DNA of 64,000 nucleotides from Bacteroidota bacterium. Its GTDB lineage: Bacteria > Bacteroidota > Ignavibacteria > Kapaibacteriales > UBA961. Below are positions 42,826-51,487 of this stretch, piece after piece (position 1 is the first letter of the stretch; the number at the start of each line of letters is the position of its first letter). The translations under genes were made by a program, and so were the position numbers. The notes under the pieces were generated by a model, which was not told the DNA's origin, did not search any database, and saw only the letters and a program-made list of their open reading frames with translations. The stretch lies in NCBI GenBank assembly GCA_018266765.1, contig JAFDZU010000045.1, forward strand, positions 6,134 to 70,133, given 5' to 3'.

Positions 42826-43425
42826 ATGAGTAATTTTTGGGATGAACGATATGGTGATAAAGAATATGTGTATGGCACAAACCCAAACCATTTTCTTAAA
42901 GTACAGCTTCATAAATTTCCTAAAGGAAAAATACTTTTTCCTTGTGATGGCGAGGGAAGAAACTCCGTTTATGCAGCTAAAATTGGTTGGCAAACTGAGT
43001 CTTTCGACCAGAGCATAGAAGGAATGAAGAAAGCGCAATTACTCGCCAAACAAAATAATGTTGATATATCATATCAAGTTGCGGACGCTCTTGAAATTGA
43101 ATTTATCCCAGATACTTTCGATGCTGTTGCACTACTTTATACTCACTTTCCTAAGGAAATTAGAAGCATAATTCATAAGAAAATTATTAGCTGGTTAAAA
43201 CCCGGTGGAGTGATAATACTTGAAGCATTTAATCCGCTTCAATTAAATAATACATCCGGTGGACCAAAGGATATAAATATGCTGTATTCCAAAGAAATAA
43301 TACTCAAAGATTTTAATGAATTTAAAAATGAATTATTAACGGAAGAAACTATCATTTTAGATGAAGGTAATTATCATCAAGGAAAAGCAGATGTAGTAAG
43401 ATATGTAGGAATTAAAATACAATAG
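42826..43425 (+). CDS. Class I SAM-dependent methyltransferase (TehB/thiopurine-MT-like)
   Basis: ILFPCDGEGRNSVYAA (motif I GxGxG-like) and VIILEAF (post II). 199 aa. Confidence 0.65.
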   Translation: MSNFWDERYGDKEYVYGTNPNHFLKVQLHKFPKGKILFPCDGEGRNSVYAAKIGWQTESFDQSIEGMKKAQLLAKQNNVDISYQVADALEIEFIPDTFDAVALLYTHFPKEIRSIIHKKIISWLKPGGVIILEAFNPLQLNNTSGGPKDINMLYSKEIILKDFNEFKNELLTEETIILDEGNYHQGKADVVRYVGIKIQ

Positions 43426-43480
43426 AAAATAATAAAGATTATATAATACTAAATAGTATAATGAATAAGGATAAATAATT

Positions 43481-44905
43481 ATGGAAATTAAACAGATTTA
43501 TACTGGTTGTCTTGCTCAAGGAGCATACTATATAGAAAGTAATAACGAAGCCGCGATTATAGATCCGCTTCGAGAAATTCAACCATATTTAGATTTAGCC
43601 AAAAAACGAAACTCTACTATTAAATACATTTTTGAAACTCATTTTCATGCAGATTTTGTTTCGGGACATATTGATTTGGCTAAGGAAACTGGTGCTACTA
43701 TTGTATATGGACCAACTTCAATGCAAACAGGATTTGAAATGCTAATTGGTCGTGATGGACAAGAGTTCAAACTTGGGAATGCAACGATTCGGCTGATTCA
43801 TACTCCGGGTCATACAATGGAAAGCAGTTGCTTTCTGATGATTGACGAAAGTGGCAAAGAACAAGCAATCTTTACCGGTGATACTTTATTTATTGGAGAT
43901 GTTGGTCGCCCAGATTTGGCTCAACACGTGATTGCAGATTTAACCCAAGAAAAATTAGCAGCACATTTGTATGATTCATTGCATAATAAAATCATGACAC
44001 TTCCTGATAATTTGATAGTGTATCCGGCTCATGGTGCCGGAAGTGCCTGCGGGAAAAATATGAGTAAAGAAACTTTCGATACTTTGGGTAATCAAAAAAA
44101 AACGAATTATGCACTCCGTGAAAGCTTGAGCAAAGAAGAGTTTATAAAGGAATTGCTCATTGGTTTGACTCCGCCTCCAAGTTATTTTCCTAAAAATGTG
44201 TTGATGAATATTGGTGGTTATGATAGCATTAATGATGTGATGAAGCGTGGTTTAACTTTTCTCACTGCTAAAGAATTTGAAGCGATATTATCTGCAAAGA
44301 AAGCAGTTGTTATTGATACTCGTAGCGCGACAGATTTCAGCAAAGGGTTTATTCTGGGAGCAATAAATATCGGTATTGATGGAAGTTTTGCGGTGTGGGT
44401 TGGAACGCTTATCAAAGATATTAAACAAGAAATTCTTTTGGTAGCAGACGAAGGTCGAGAAGAAGAAATTATAACGAGACTTGCCAGAGTTGGATATGAT
44501 AATGCGATTGGATTTTTGAATGGTGGAATGAAGTCTTGGACAAATGCTGGATTTGAAATTGATTCTATTGCTACCGTTACTGTGAAAGAATTTGCAAATG
44601 CAGAAACTGAAAACAGTGATATTAATATTTTGGATGTACGGAAAAAAAGTGAGTTTGATTCCGAGCATATTATTGGAGCAATCAATACACCGTTGGATTA
44701 CATTGATGACAATATGAGTCAAATCCCAAAAGATAAAACTTATTATGTTCATTGTGCAGGCGGCTATCGTTCTATGATTTTTATATCAATTTTAAAATCA
44801 AGGGGATATGATAATTTGATTGATGTGAATGGCGGATTTACAGCTATAAAAGAATCCGGTTCTTTTCAAATTTCGAACTACATTTGTCCTACTACTTTAC
44901 TCTAA
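43481..44905 (+). CDS. Persulfide-dioxygenase-like MBL-fold protein fused to two rhodanese domains (CstB/Blh-like)
   Basis: ETHE1/GloB-type metal motif ETHFHADFVSGH, HTPGHT, GDTLFIGDVGRPD. Then two rhodanese modules, the second with catalytic Cys in YYVHCAGGYRS. 474 aa. Confidence 0.85.
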   Translation: MEIKQIYTGCLAQGAYYIESNNEAAIIDPLREIQPYLDLAKKRNSTIKYIFETHFHADFVSGHIDLAKETGATIVYGPTSMQTGFEMLIGRDGQEFKLGNATIRLIHTPGHTMESSCFLMIDESGKEQAIFTGDTLFIGDVGRPDLAQHVIADLTQEKLAAHLYDSLHNKIMTLPDNLIVYPAHGAGSACGKNMSKETFDTLGNQKKTNYALRESLSKEEFIKELLIGLTPPPSYFPKNVLMNIGGYDSINDVMKRGLTFLTAKEFEAILSAKKAVVIDTRSATDFSKGFILGAINIGIDGSFAVWVGTLIKDIKQEILLVADEGREEEIITRLARVGYDNAIGFLNGGMKSWTNAGFEIDSIATVTVKEFANAETENSDINILDVRKKSEFDSEHIIGAINTPLDYIDDNMSQIPKDKTYYVHCAGGYRSMIFISILKSRGYDNLIDVNGGFTAIKESGSFQISNYICPTTLL

Positions 44906-44911
44906 ATCAAA

Positions 44912-45109
44912 ATGAATTTTCTCCTTAAACACAAATTTACAATCGTCGGTATAATCGTAGGTGCAGTTGGCGGTTATCTCTATTACTATTTTGTTGGCTG
45001 TGCAAGCGGCACTTGTGCAATTACTTCAAAACCCCTGAACAGCACTTTGTACGGTGCAGTAATGGGTGGATTAATTCTGAATATGTTTCGTCAGGAAAAA
45101 TCCAATTAA
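44912..45109 (+). CDS. Small membrane protein with GCASGTC motif (65 aa)
   Basis: Two predicted TM segments and a CxxxxC motif. Starts 6 nt after the PDO-rhodanese gene. Family not recognised. Confidence 0.4.
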   Translation: MNFLLKHKFTIVGIIVGAVGGYLYYYFVGCASGTCAITSKPLNSTLYGAVMGGLILNMFRQEKSN

Positions 45110-45309
45110 GGTTGTAATAAAAGAGTTTATAAGAAATGATAAATATTTGATTGAAAATAATATTACCTTTTAGGATTTTTTCAATCTTACAAAAGGCAGT
45201 AGAAATCATTTACTCTCCTTTTAAGATTAATTCATAAGTTCAGGAGGAACATACTCTTCACAATATATTACTCTACAAGAGCTAGTAGTGATTGTAAATA
45301 ATCCTAATG

Positions 45310-45339
45310 AAACATCATCGTGAAGAAACATCATCGTGG
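45310..45339 (+). promoter_or_regulatory. Direct repeat GAAACATCATCGTG-aa-GAAACATCATCGTG upstream of the multicopper oxidase gene
   Basis: Two perfect 14-bp copies 16 bp apart, 64-93 bp upstream of ATG 45403. Candidate operator; the regulator is unknown. Confidence 0.4.
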
Positions 45340-45402
45340 TAATTGTCTCTTATATCAAAAATTTAGGGTGAGATATATGTGTTCACTTGTTTTGGAATTA
45401 TC

Positions 45403-46884
45403 ATGAATAGAAAAGAATTTATCAAGCTTTCCGGAATATCAACTGCCGGATTATTGATAGGAAGCAGTTCTCAATTTTTATCATCCTGTTCGATGAGTAC
45501 AATGGGTGATATGAATATGGGGCAGTCGGTTTCAGTAAGTGAAGGAAGTTTTACAGTACCATTGTCAACACCGCAAGTTGTTGGTAATACAGTTAATCTG
45601 ACTGCACAAAATATATCGACCGTCATTCAAGGTTTCGGAACTGTTAGTGGGTTAGGGTATCAGCCAAATAGTATTCTTGGACCAACAATAAAAATTAATA
45701 GCAGACAATCTGTAACAATTAATCTATTAAATCAATTAGGTGAAAATACAAATACACATTGGCACGGACTTAAAGTTCCACCTATTATGGATGGACATCC
45801 TGAGAATGTGATTTCGGCAGGGAGTTCATTTAATTACAATTTTACAATAAATCAGCGAGCTGGATTGTATTGGTATCATCCACATGCGGACGGTACAACT
45901 GCAAAACAAGCTTTTCAGGGTTTAGGAGGATTATTCGTAGTAAATGACTTAGAAGAATCAGCATTAAATTTACCATCCGGCAGTAGAGAATTGTTCCTTG
46001 TTATTCAAGACAAGAGAATTTCATCCGGTAGGATTTTGTACTCGCCTACAATGCATGAGCAAATGTCAGGACTAATGGGGCAATATGTACTCGTCAATGG
46101 GAATTATTCTCCCTTTCATTTAGTTGAAACTGCTAACTATAGATTTAGAATATTAAATGGCTCGAATGCAAGAATTTATAATGTAGCTTTGTCAAATGGT
46201 AAGCCGTTTACCGTAATAGGAAATGATGGCGGATTATTGGCAACTTCCAAAACTGTAAGTAGTTTAATGATTTCTCCCGGCGAACGTGCCGATCTCATTA
46301 TTGACTTTGGTGGTTTGACTTTGAATTCAGAGTTATTTTTAATCAGTAAAACATTTGATGGTGGAAATTCTCAAGGCAATCAAGAATTTAGAATTATGAA
46401 ATTCAAAGTAAATTCTGAAATTGTTGATACTTACAGCATTCCGAATTCACTTAGTTCTATTGCACCTCTAACTGAAAGTATGTCAACTAAAACTAGGCAA
46501 TTTGAAATTTCAAACGATCACATGATGGGTGGTGCATCAGGAATGATGATGCATACAATCAATAATAAGTCTTACGACCCTAATAGAATTGATGAAACTG
46601 TTACGAAAGGTGCTGTAGAAACGTGGATTTTTGATAATACGTACGGAAATGAACCACATCCTATGCACTTACACGGAGTATTATTTCAAATTCTTAGCAG
46701 AACAGGTGGACGAAATACGCTAACAGCGTTAGAAAGTGGTTGGAAAGATATTGCATTATGTATGCCGGGAGAAAAGGTGAAGGTAATAATACCTTTCGAT
46801 GGATACAGCGGTAAATATATTTTTCATTGTCATAATTTAGAACATGAAGAATCGGGTATGATGGGACAATATCAAGTGGTATAA
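45403..46884 (+). CDS. Multicopper oxidase (three-domain laccase/CueO-like), probable Tat substrate
   Basis: Copper ligand motifs HWHG, WYHPHADG, HPMHLHG, HCHNLEHEESGMM. N-terminal MNRKEFIKLSGISTAGLLIGSS is a Tat-like signal with RK in place of RR. Start at ATG 45403. Confidence 0.9.
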   Translation: MNRKEFIKLSGISTAGLLIGSSSQFLSSCSMSTMGDMNMGQSVSVSEGSFTVPLSTPQVVGNTVNLTAQNISTVIQGFGTVSGLGYQPNSILGPTIKINSRQSVTINLLNQLGENTNTHWHGLKVPPIMDGHPENVISAGSSFNYNFTINQRAGLYWYHPHADGTTAKQAFQGLGGLFVVNDLEESALNLPSGSRELFLVIQDKRISSGRILYSPTMHEQMSGLMGQYVLVNGNYSPFHLVETANYRFRILNGSNARIYNVALSNGKPFTVIGNDGGLLATSKTVSSLMISPGERADLIIDFGGLTLNSELFLISKTFDGGNSQGNQEFRIMKFKVNSEIVDTYSIPNSLSSIAPLTESMSTKTRQFEISNDHMMGGASGMMMHTINNKSYDPNRIDETVTKGAVETWIFDNTYGNEPHPMHLHGVLFQILSRTGGRNTLTALESGWKDIALCMPGEKVKVIIPFDGYSGKYIFHCHNLEHEESGMMGQYQVV

Positions 46885-46971
46885 TATTTTAATATATACT
46901 TAACTAATTAATAAAAAAAAAAATATTAGTATTTTAATAATTTAAATAAAATTTAATAAATAATTATTTAT

Positions 46972-47268
46972 ATGAGTAAAACTATGAATCCTGAACAATT
47001 AATTAAAGAAAAGCAAGGTACAATTGTAGATGTTCGTTCTCGCGGCGAATTTATGGGTGGGAACGCGATTGGCTCAATCAATATACCATTGCAGGAAATA
47101 CATCAACGAATTGATGAATTAAAATCATTGCAGTCGCCACTCGTATTATGCTGTGCTTCTGGTAATCGAAGTGGAATGGCAAAACAAATGTTATCTCAAC
47201 AAGGTATTGAATGTTGTAATGCCGGCTCGTGGTTAGAAGTGAACTTTTTTCAATCTCAAACATTATAA
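46972..47268 (+). CDS. Single-domain rhodanese (sulfurtransferase)
   Basis: Catalytic loop LCCASGNRS. 98 aa. Confidence 0.8.
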   Translation: MSKTMNPEQLIKEKQGTIVDVRSRGEFMGGNAIGSINIPLQEIHQRIDELKSLQSPLVLCCASGNRSGMAKQMLSQQGIECCNAGSWLEVNFFQSQTL

Positions 47269-47271
47269 AAC

Positions 47272-47589
47272 ATGATTCAAACATTAAAAACCTTACTTGG
47301 AATTGGCCCTAAAGTAGATTATGCAGAATTAGTAAAAAAAGGTGCGATTATCTTGGATGTCCGCACTAAATCTGAGTTTGCAAGCGGAAATATTCGTGGT
47401 TCGATAAATATCTCAGTAGATCAATTAAGTAATAATTTATCAAAACTTAAAGATAAAGACACTCCAATTATCACGTGCTGTGCCTCGGGAATGCGAAGTG
47501 CATCTGCTAAGAGTATTTTAAAATCCAATGGATTTACGGATGTTCACAATGGTGGTGGCTGGCAAAGTCTGCAAGGAAAAATCAAATGA
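47272..47589 (+). CDS. Single-domain rhodanese (sulfurtransferase)
   Basis: Catalytic loop ITCCASGMRSASA. 105 aa. Confidence 0.8.
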   Translation: MIQTLKTLLGIGPKVDYAELVKKGAIILDVRTKSEFASGNIRGSINISVDQLSNNLSKLKDKDTPIITCCASGMRSASAKSILKSNGFTDVHNGGGWQSLQGKIK

Positions 47590-47831
47590 TACAACAATCT
47601 CTCTTTACAAATTGGCATTTCATGCGGTGGTTGCGCTTGGTTTTGGGAATATTCATTGCAATTCAAGCAGTCCAAATGCAAGATACTTTTTCAGGATTCA
47701 TTGCGGTATTCTTTTTATTTCAAGCCGTTACAAATACTGGATGTTGCGGGACAAAAAATTGTGCACTTCCTTCGACCACAGAAAATAATAAAACTACAGA
47801 AGTAGAATTTGAAGAAATTACTATAAAATAA
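47586..47831 (+). CDS. Small membrane protein, DUF2892-like with C-terminal CCGTKNC
   Basis: Two TM helices and a Cys-rich tail. ATGA overlap with the upstream rhodanese gene. Confidence 0.45.
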   Translation: MIQQSLFTNWHFMRWLRLVLGIFIAIQAVQMQDTFSGFIAVFFLFQAVTNTGCCGTKNCALPSTTENNKTTEVEFEEITIK

Positions 47832-47833
47832 AT

Positions 47834-48286
47834 ATGGAAGCTCATTATTATACAATAGATATAAATTGGAATCAAGAACGCAAGGGCATTATGTGTTCAC
47901 CTGAACTGAATATTTCAGGGAGCGATGTTAGTAGCTGTATCGAAGTTGCAACTCCTCCTGAATTTCCAAAAGGAATACCCGGTATTTGGTCACCGGAACA
48001 TTTATTTACCGCCTCAGTAAGTAGTTGTTTGATGACTACTTTTTTGGCAATTGCAGAAAATTTCCGATTAGAATTTACTAGTTTTAGTTGCAAAGCAAAG
48101 GGTAAATTAGATCAGGTGGATGGGAAGTATTTAATGACTGAAATAATTCTTGAACCAACGGTCGTTATCGTCAATGAAAAAGACCGCGAAAAAGCTGAAC
48201 GAGTATTAGTAAAATCCGAAGCGGCGTGTTTAATATCTAATTCAATTAAATCAAAAATTTCAATGTATCCAACAATAAAAATCTAA
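47834..48286 (+). CDS. OsmC/Ohr-family protein
   Basis: 150 aa. Family-typical two-Cys arrangement (..[12 protein letters not shown].. and ..[10 protein letters not shown]..). Confidence 0.65.
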   Translation: MEAHYYTIDINWNQERKGIMCSPELNISGSDVSSCIEVATPPEFPKGIPGIWSPEHLFTASVSSCLMTTFLAIAENFRLEFTSFSCKAKGKLDQVDGKYLMTEIILEPTVVIVNEKDREKAERVLVKSEAACLISNSIKSKISMYPTIKI

Positions 48287-48290
48287 AATT

Positions 48291-48602
48291 ATGGCAAAAA
48301 AATTTTCAGAAATCATAAGTAGTGACACTCCTACTTTAGTAGATTTTACAGCTACTTGGTGCGGCCCATGTAAAATGATGGCACCGATATTAGATGAAGT
48401 AAAATCATTGGTGGGAAGTAAAGCAACAATATTAAAAATTGATGTAGATAAAAATGAAAAAGCCGCACAAAGCTACCAAATTCAAGGAGTACCTACTTTG
48501 ATTTTGTTCAAAAACGGTGAAATAAAATGGAGACAATCGGGTGTGGTTCCTGCTAAAAAACTTGAGCAAGTTATCAACCAATATTCCGAAGAAACCGTAT
48601 GA
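48291..48602 (+). CDS. trxA: Thioredoxin
   Basis: WCGPCK active site. 103 aa. Confidence 0.95.
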   Translation: MAKKFSEIISSDTPTLVDFTATWCGPCKMMAPILDEVKSLVGSKATILKIDVDKNEKAAQSYQIQGVPTLILFKNGEIKWRQSGVVPAKKLEQVINQYSEETV

Positions 48603-49324
48603 AAAAATATATAATTATGAGCTTTGCAGTTCTTGCCTTGTGGGGTAATAGCTGTACCGGTGAGCAATCTCAGACAACTAAAACTAAACTTGCAGTTACC
48701 GAATTTGCCGAGAAGATGAAAGCTATTCCCAATGCTCCAATTGTAGATGTTAGAACCCCGGATGAATTTTCAAAAGGACATTTACAACATGCAAAAAACA
48801 TAGATTGGAATGGCGATAGTTTTGACAGTCAGATTTCTTCGCTCGACAAATCAAAACCTGTGCTTGTATATTGTTTGAGTGGTGCTCGAAGTGGAGCGGC
48901 AGCAAGCAAAATGAGAGCAGATGGATTTAAAGAAGTCTATGAATTACAGGGCGGAATTCTGAAATGGAAAGGTGCTGAAATGCCAATAACTACAGAAAAT
49001 TCAACAACATCTTCAGCAGGTATATCTAAACAAAAGTTTGATGAATTGATTAATTCAGATAAATTAGTTCTGATAGATTTTTATGCCGAATGGTGCACAC
49101 CTTGCAAAAAGATGAAACCATATTTAGAAGAAATTGCCAAAGAAATGTCGGCTGAAGTTGTCGTTATTAGTATCAATGTAGATGACAATCTAACGATTGC
49201 AAATGAGATGAAAATCAATGAAATTCCTCTCCTACATCTCTATAAAAATAAAACTCTTGTATGGAATAATACCGGTTTTATAGATAAAGAATCAGTTCTC
49301 AAAATTATACAATCTAAAAAATAG
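48599..49324 (+). CDS. Rhodanese-thioredoxin fusion lipoprotein
   Basis: Signal peptide ending in a lipobox-like LWGNSC. Rhodanese loop [12 protein letters not shown], then thioredoxin WCTPCK. 241 aa. Confidence 0.8.
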   Translation: MKKYIIMSFAVLALWGNSCTGEQSQTTKTKLAVTEFAEKMKAIPNAPIVDVRTPDEFSKGHLQHAKNIDWNGDSFDSQISSLDKSKPVLVYCLSGARSGAAASKMRADGFKEVYELQGGILKWKGAEMPITTENSTTSSAGISKQKFDELINSDKLVLIDFYAEWCTPCKKMKPYLEEIAKEMSAEVVVISINVDDNLTIANEMKINEIPLLHLYKNKTLVWNNTGFIDKESVLKIIQSKK

Positions 49325-49389
49325 TATAGTTGAGATTTTTGGGAGTAGAATAAATATCCACAAAAGAATACGTATTAAAGCATCAAGTA

Positions 49390-49429
49390 AGTCCTGTCAG
49401 TTTAATGAGAATTGACGGGACTTTTTTTA
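49390..49429 (+). terminator. Rho-independent terminator
   Basis: AGTCCTGTCA-(13-nt loop)-TGACGGGACT (one G-U pair) followed by TTTTTTT. Confidence 0.7.
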
Positions 49430-49518
49430 TTATAAAAGGTACGAATTCTTAGAATGTTTGGTAGTTTTGCAGATTATATTGAAAAATAGTAACGTATGCA
49501 ATTTCCATTCAAAATCGT

Positions 49519-50373
49519 ATGAATAAGACGACAAATGCTGTCATTTTTTTAATTATTACTGCCATTCTTTGGAGCACTGGCGGGGTACTTATTAAATTTA
49601 TCTCGTGGAATCCTATTGCAATTGCTGGAATGAGAAGTGCAATAGCATCGCTGATAATGATAGCAGTTGTCGGAAAACCGAAACTCACATGGTCGAGAGT
49701 ACAAATAGGAGGTGCAATTGCATACATGGCTACGGTTGTACTTTTTGTTTTGGCAACTAAATTAACATCAGCCGCGAATGCTATTTTACTGCAATATACA
49801 GGTCCAATTTATGTAGCTCTCTTCGGAAGATGGTATTTAGGAGAAAGAACTTCTCGATTAGATTGGATTACTATCGGAGTTGTTATTGCAGGAATGACTT
49901 TGTTTTTTATGGATTCTCTAACAGTAGATGGGATGCTCGGAAATTGTATTGCGATAGCAAGTGGAGTAGCATTCGCTTGGCTTGCATTATTTTTACGGAA
50001 ACAGAAAGCAGAACGCCCGGAGGATTCTATAATTCTTGGTAATTGGCTCGCGGCTTTGATTGCTTTGCCGTTTATGGTGTCGAATGGAATGCCTTCTATA
50101 GGAAGTTGGATGGGACTGTTACTGTTAGGTGTAGTTCAACTTGGACTTTCGTATATTTTATATGCTCGTGCAATTCGTCATGTAACTGCCCTTGAAGCAT
50201 TACTTATTCCGGTTGTAGAACCAATTTTAAATCCTGTTTGGGCATTATTGCTCATTGGTGAAAAGCCCGGTAAATATGCCATAATAGGCGGAATTATAGT
50301 ACTTTCGGCTATTACTCTCAGAGGAATCCTTGTCCTTAAATTTCAACCACGAAATGTTCCAACAATTCAATGA
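49519..50373 (+). CDS. EamA/DMT-superfamily transporter
   Basis: Ten TM helices in two 5-TM EamA halves. 284 aa. Confidence 0.8.
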   Translation: MNKTTNAVIFLIITAILWSTGGVLIKFISWNPIAIAGMRSAIASLIMIAVVGKPKLTWSRVQIGGAIAYMATVVLFVLATKLTSAANAILLQYTGPIYVALFGRWYLGERTSRLDWITIGVVIAGMTLFFMDSLTVDGMLGNCIAIASGVAFAWLALFLRKQKAERPEDSIILGNWLAALIALPFMVSNGMPSIGSWMGLLLLGVVQLGLSYILYARAIRHVTALEALLIPVVEPILNPVWALLLIGEKPGKYAIIGGIIVLSAITLRGILVLKFQPRNVPTIQ

Positions 50374-50564
50374 CATTAGAACAAAAAAAAGAAATCAACC
50401 TACTTCATGAACGTACTTGTGCTCGCAATGAAACAGAATACCGAGACCCAATGACAGGGTATATCGTTTTCACAAGAATAAAACATCTTCAACGAGGTTC
50501 TTGCTGTGGCTCGGGATGCAGGCATTGCCCGTATGAACATATAAATGTGAAGAATAAAACTTAA
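50370..50564 (+). CDS. DUF5522 Cys-rich small protein
   Basis: CARNE...SCCGSGCRHCPY motif. ATGA overlap with the EamA gene. Confidence 0.55.
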   Translation: MTLEQKKEINLLHERTCARNETEYRDPMTGYIVFTRIKHLQRGSCCGSGCRHCPYEHINVKNKT

Positions 50565-51382
50565 AATTTATAAATAAGTCCTATTCCTCCAAGTGTAGGA
50601 TACAACCGAAATTCTGAAGTGTGCGTTTTAGCTGTAATCTGACGATGTTCCTCTGCCGAAACGATGAGTTTACCGGACAAATAACCAATTGCCGCGCCAA
50701 GAAAAACATCACTTGCCCAATGTTTGTCGTGATACATTCGAGAATAACCGGTAGCCGCCGCCAATCCATAAAGCGGAATTGTAGCCCACCAACGATTGAT
50801 TTGCGAAGCTAAAACCGTCGAAATTGTAAATGCAACTGTCGTATGTCCGGAAGGAAACGATTGAAAATCATTACTCGATTCCAACCATTGAAAATTTGTA
50901 CTTCCGGTATTCATATAAGGGCGAGCCCTACCGAACAAAACTTTCAATGTACCATTCACTAAACCTGATACTATTAACCCTTCTGCCACAAGTCGTCCTG
51001 TGGTTCGTACTTCCTCTGAACCGAAGAGTAATCCTCCTGCATACAATCCACCGGCAACTCCGACTATAGAATACGTTCCTCCGAATTCTCGTACTGCATT
51101 ATTAAAACTATCCCAAGTCTTTGTATGTCCTTCGGATGCAGTTGTGCGTAATTGCTCGTCTTCAATTGAAACTATATACGATCCTGCGCCAACTGCTGTC
51201 AGAATTGCTACAGATTTCCACGATAAACTGCCTACTTCACCCACAATATAACTAGCATTGTTTCCCGCACTACTCATGTCTTTTTCAATTGTTCCAATCA
51301 GATTTTGATCTGTCGAATCCGGCTGCACTGCACTGCAATTACTCCATACTATTAATATGAGTATGACAACGTATTTGTTCAT
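50561..51382 (-). CDS. PAP2-family (type 2 phosphatidic acid phosphatase-like) membrane phosphatase
   Basis: KVLFGRARP, SFPSGHT, SRMYHDKHWASDV, which is the complete KxxxxxxRP / PSGH / SRxxxxxHxxxD signature. Confidence 0.9.
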   Translation of the reverse strand: MNKYVVILILIVWSNCSAVQPDSTDQNLIGTIEKDMSSAGNNASYIVGEVGSLSWKSVAILTAVGAGSYIVSIEDEQLRTTASEGHTKTWDSFNNAVREFGGTYSIVGVAGGLYAGGLLFGSEEVRTTGRLVAEGLIVSGLVNGTLKVLFGRARPYMNTGSTNFQWLESSNDFQSFPSGHTTVAFTISTVLASQINRWWATIPLYGLAAATGYSRMYHDKHWASDVFLGAAIGYLSGKLIVSAEEHRQITAKTHTSEFRLYPTLGGIGLIYKF

Positions 51383-51487
51383 TTTAATTTACTGTCTAAG
51401 TTGTTTAATAATTTTGTGTACTAATAAAGAGCAAACTACTACAATATCACATTTCAACAAAGGAAATATTGTGAGCATAGTTCTTAT

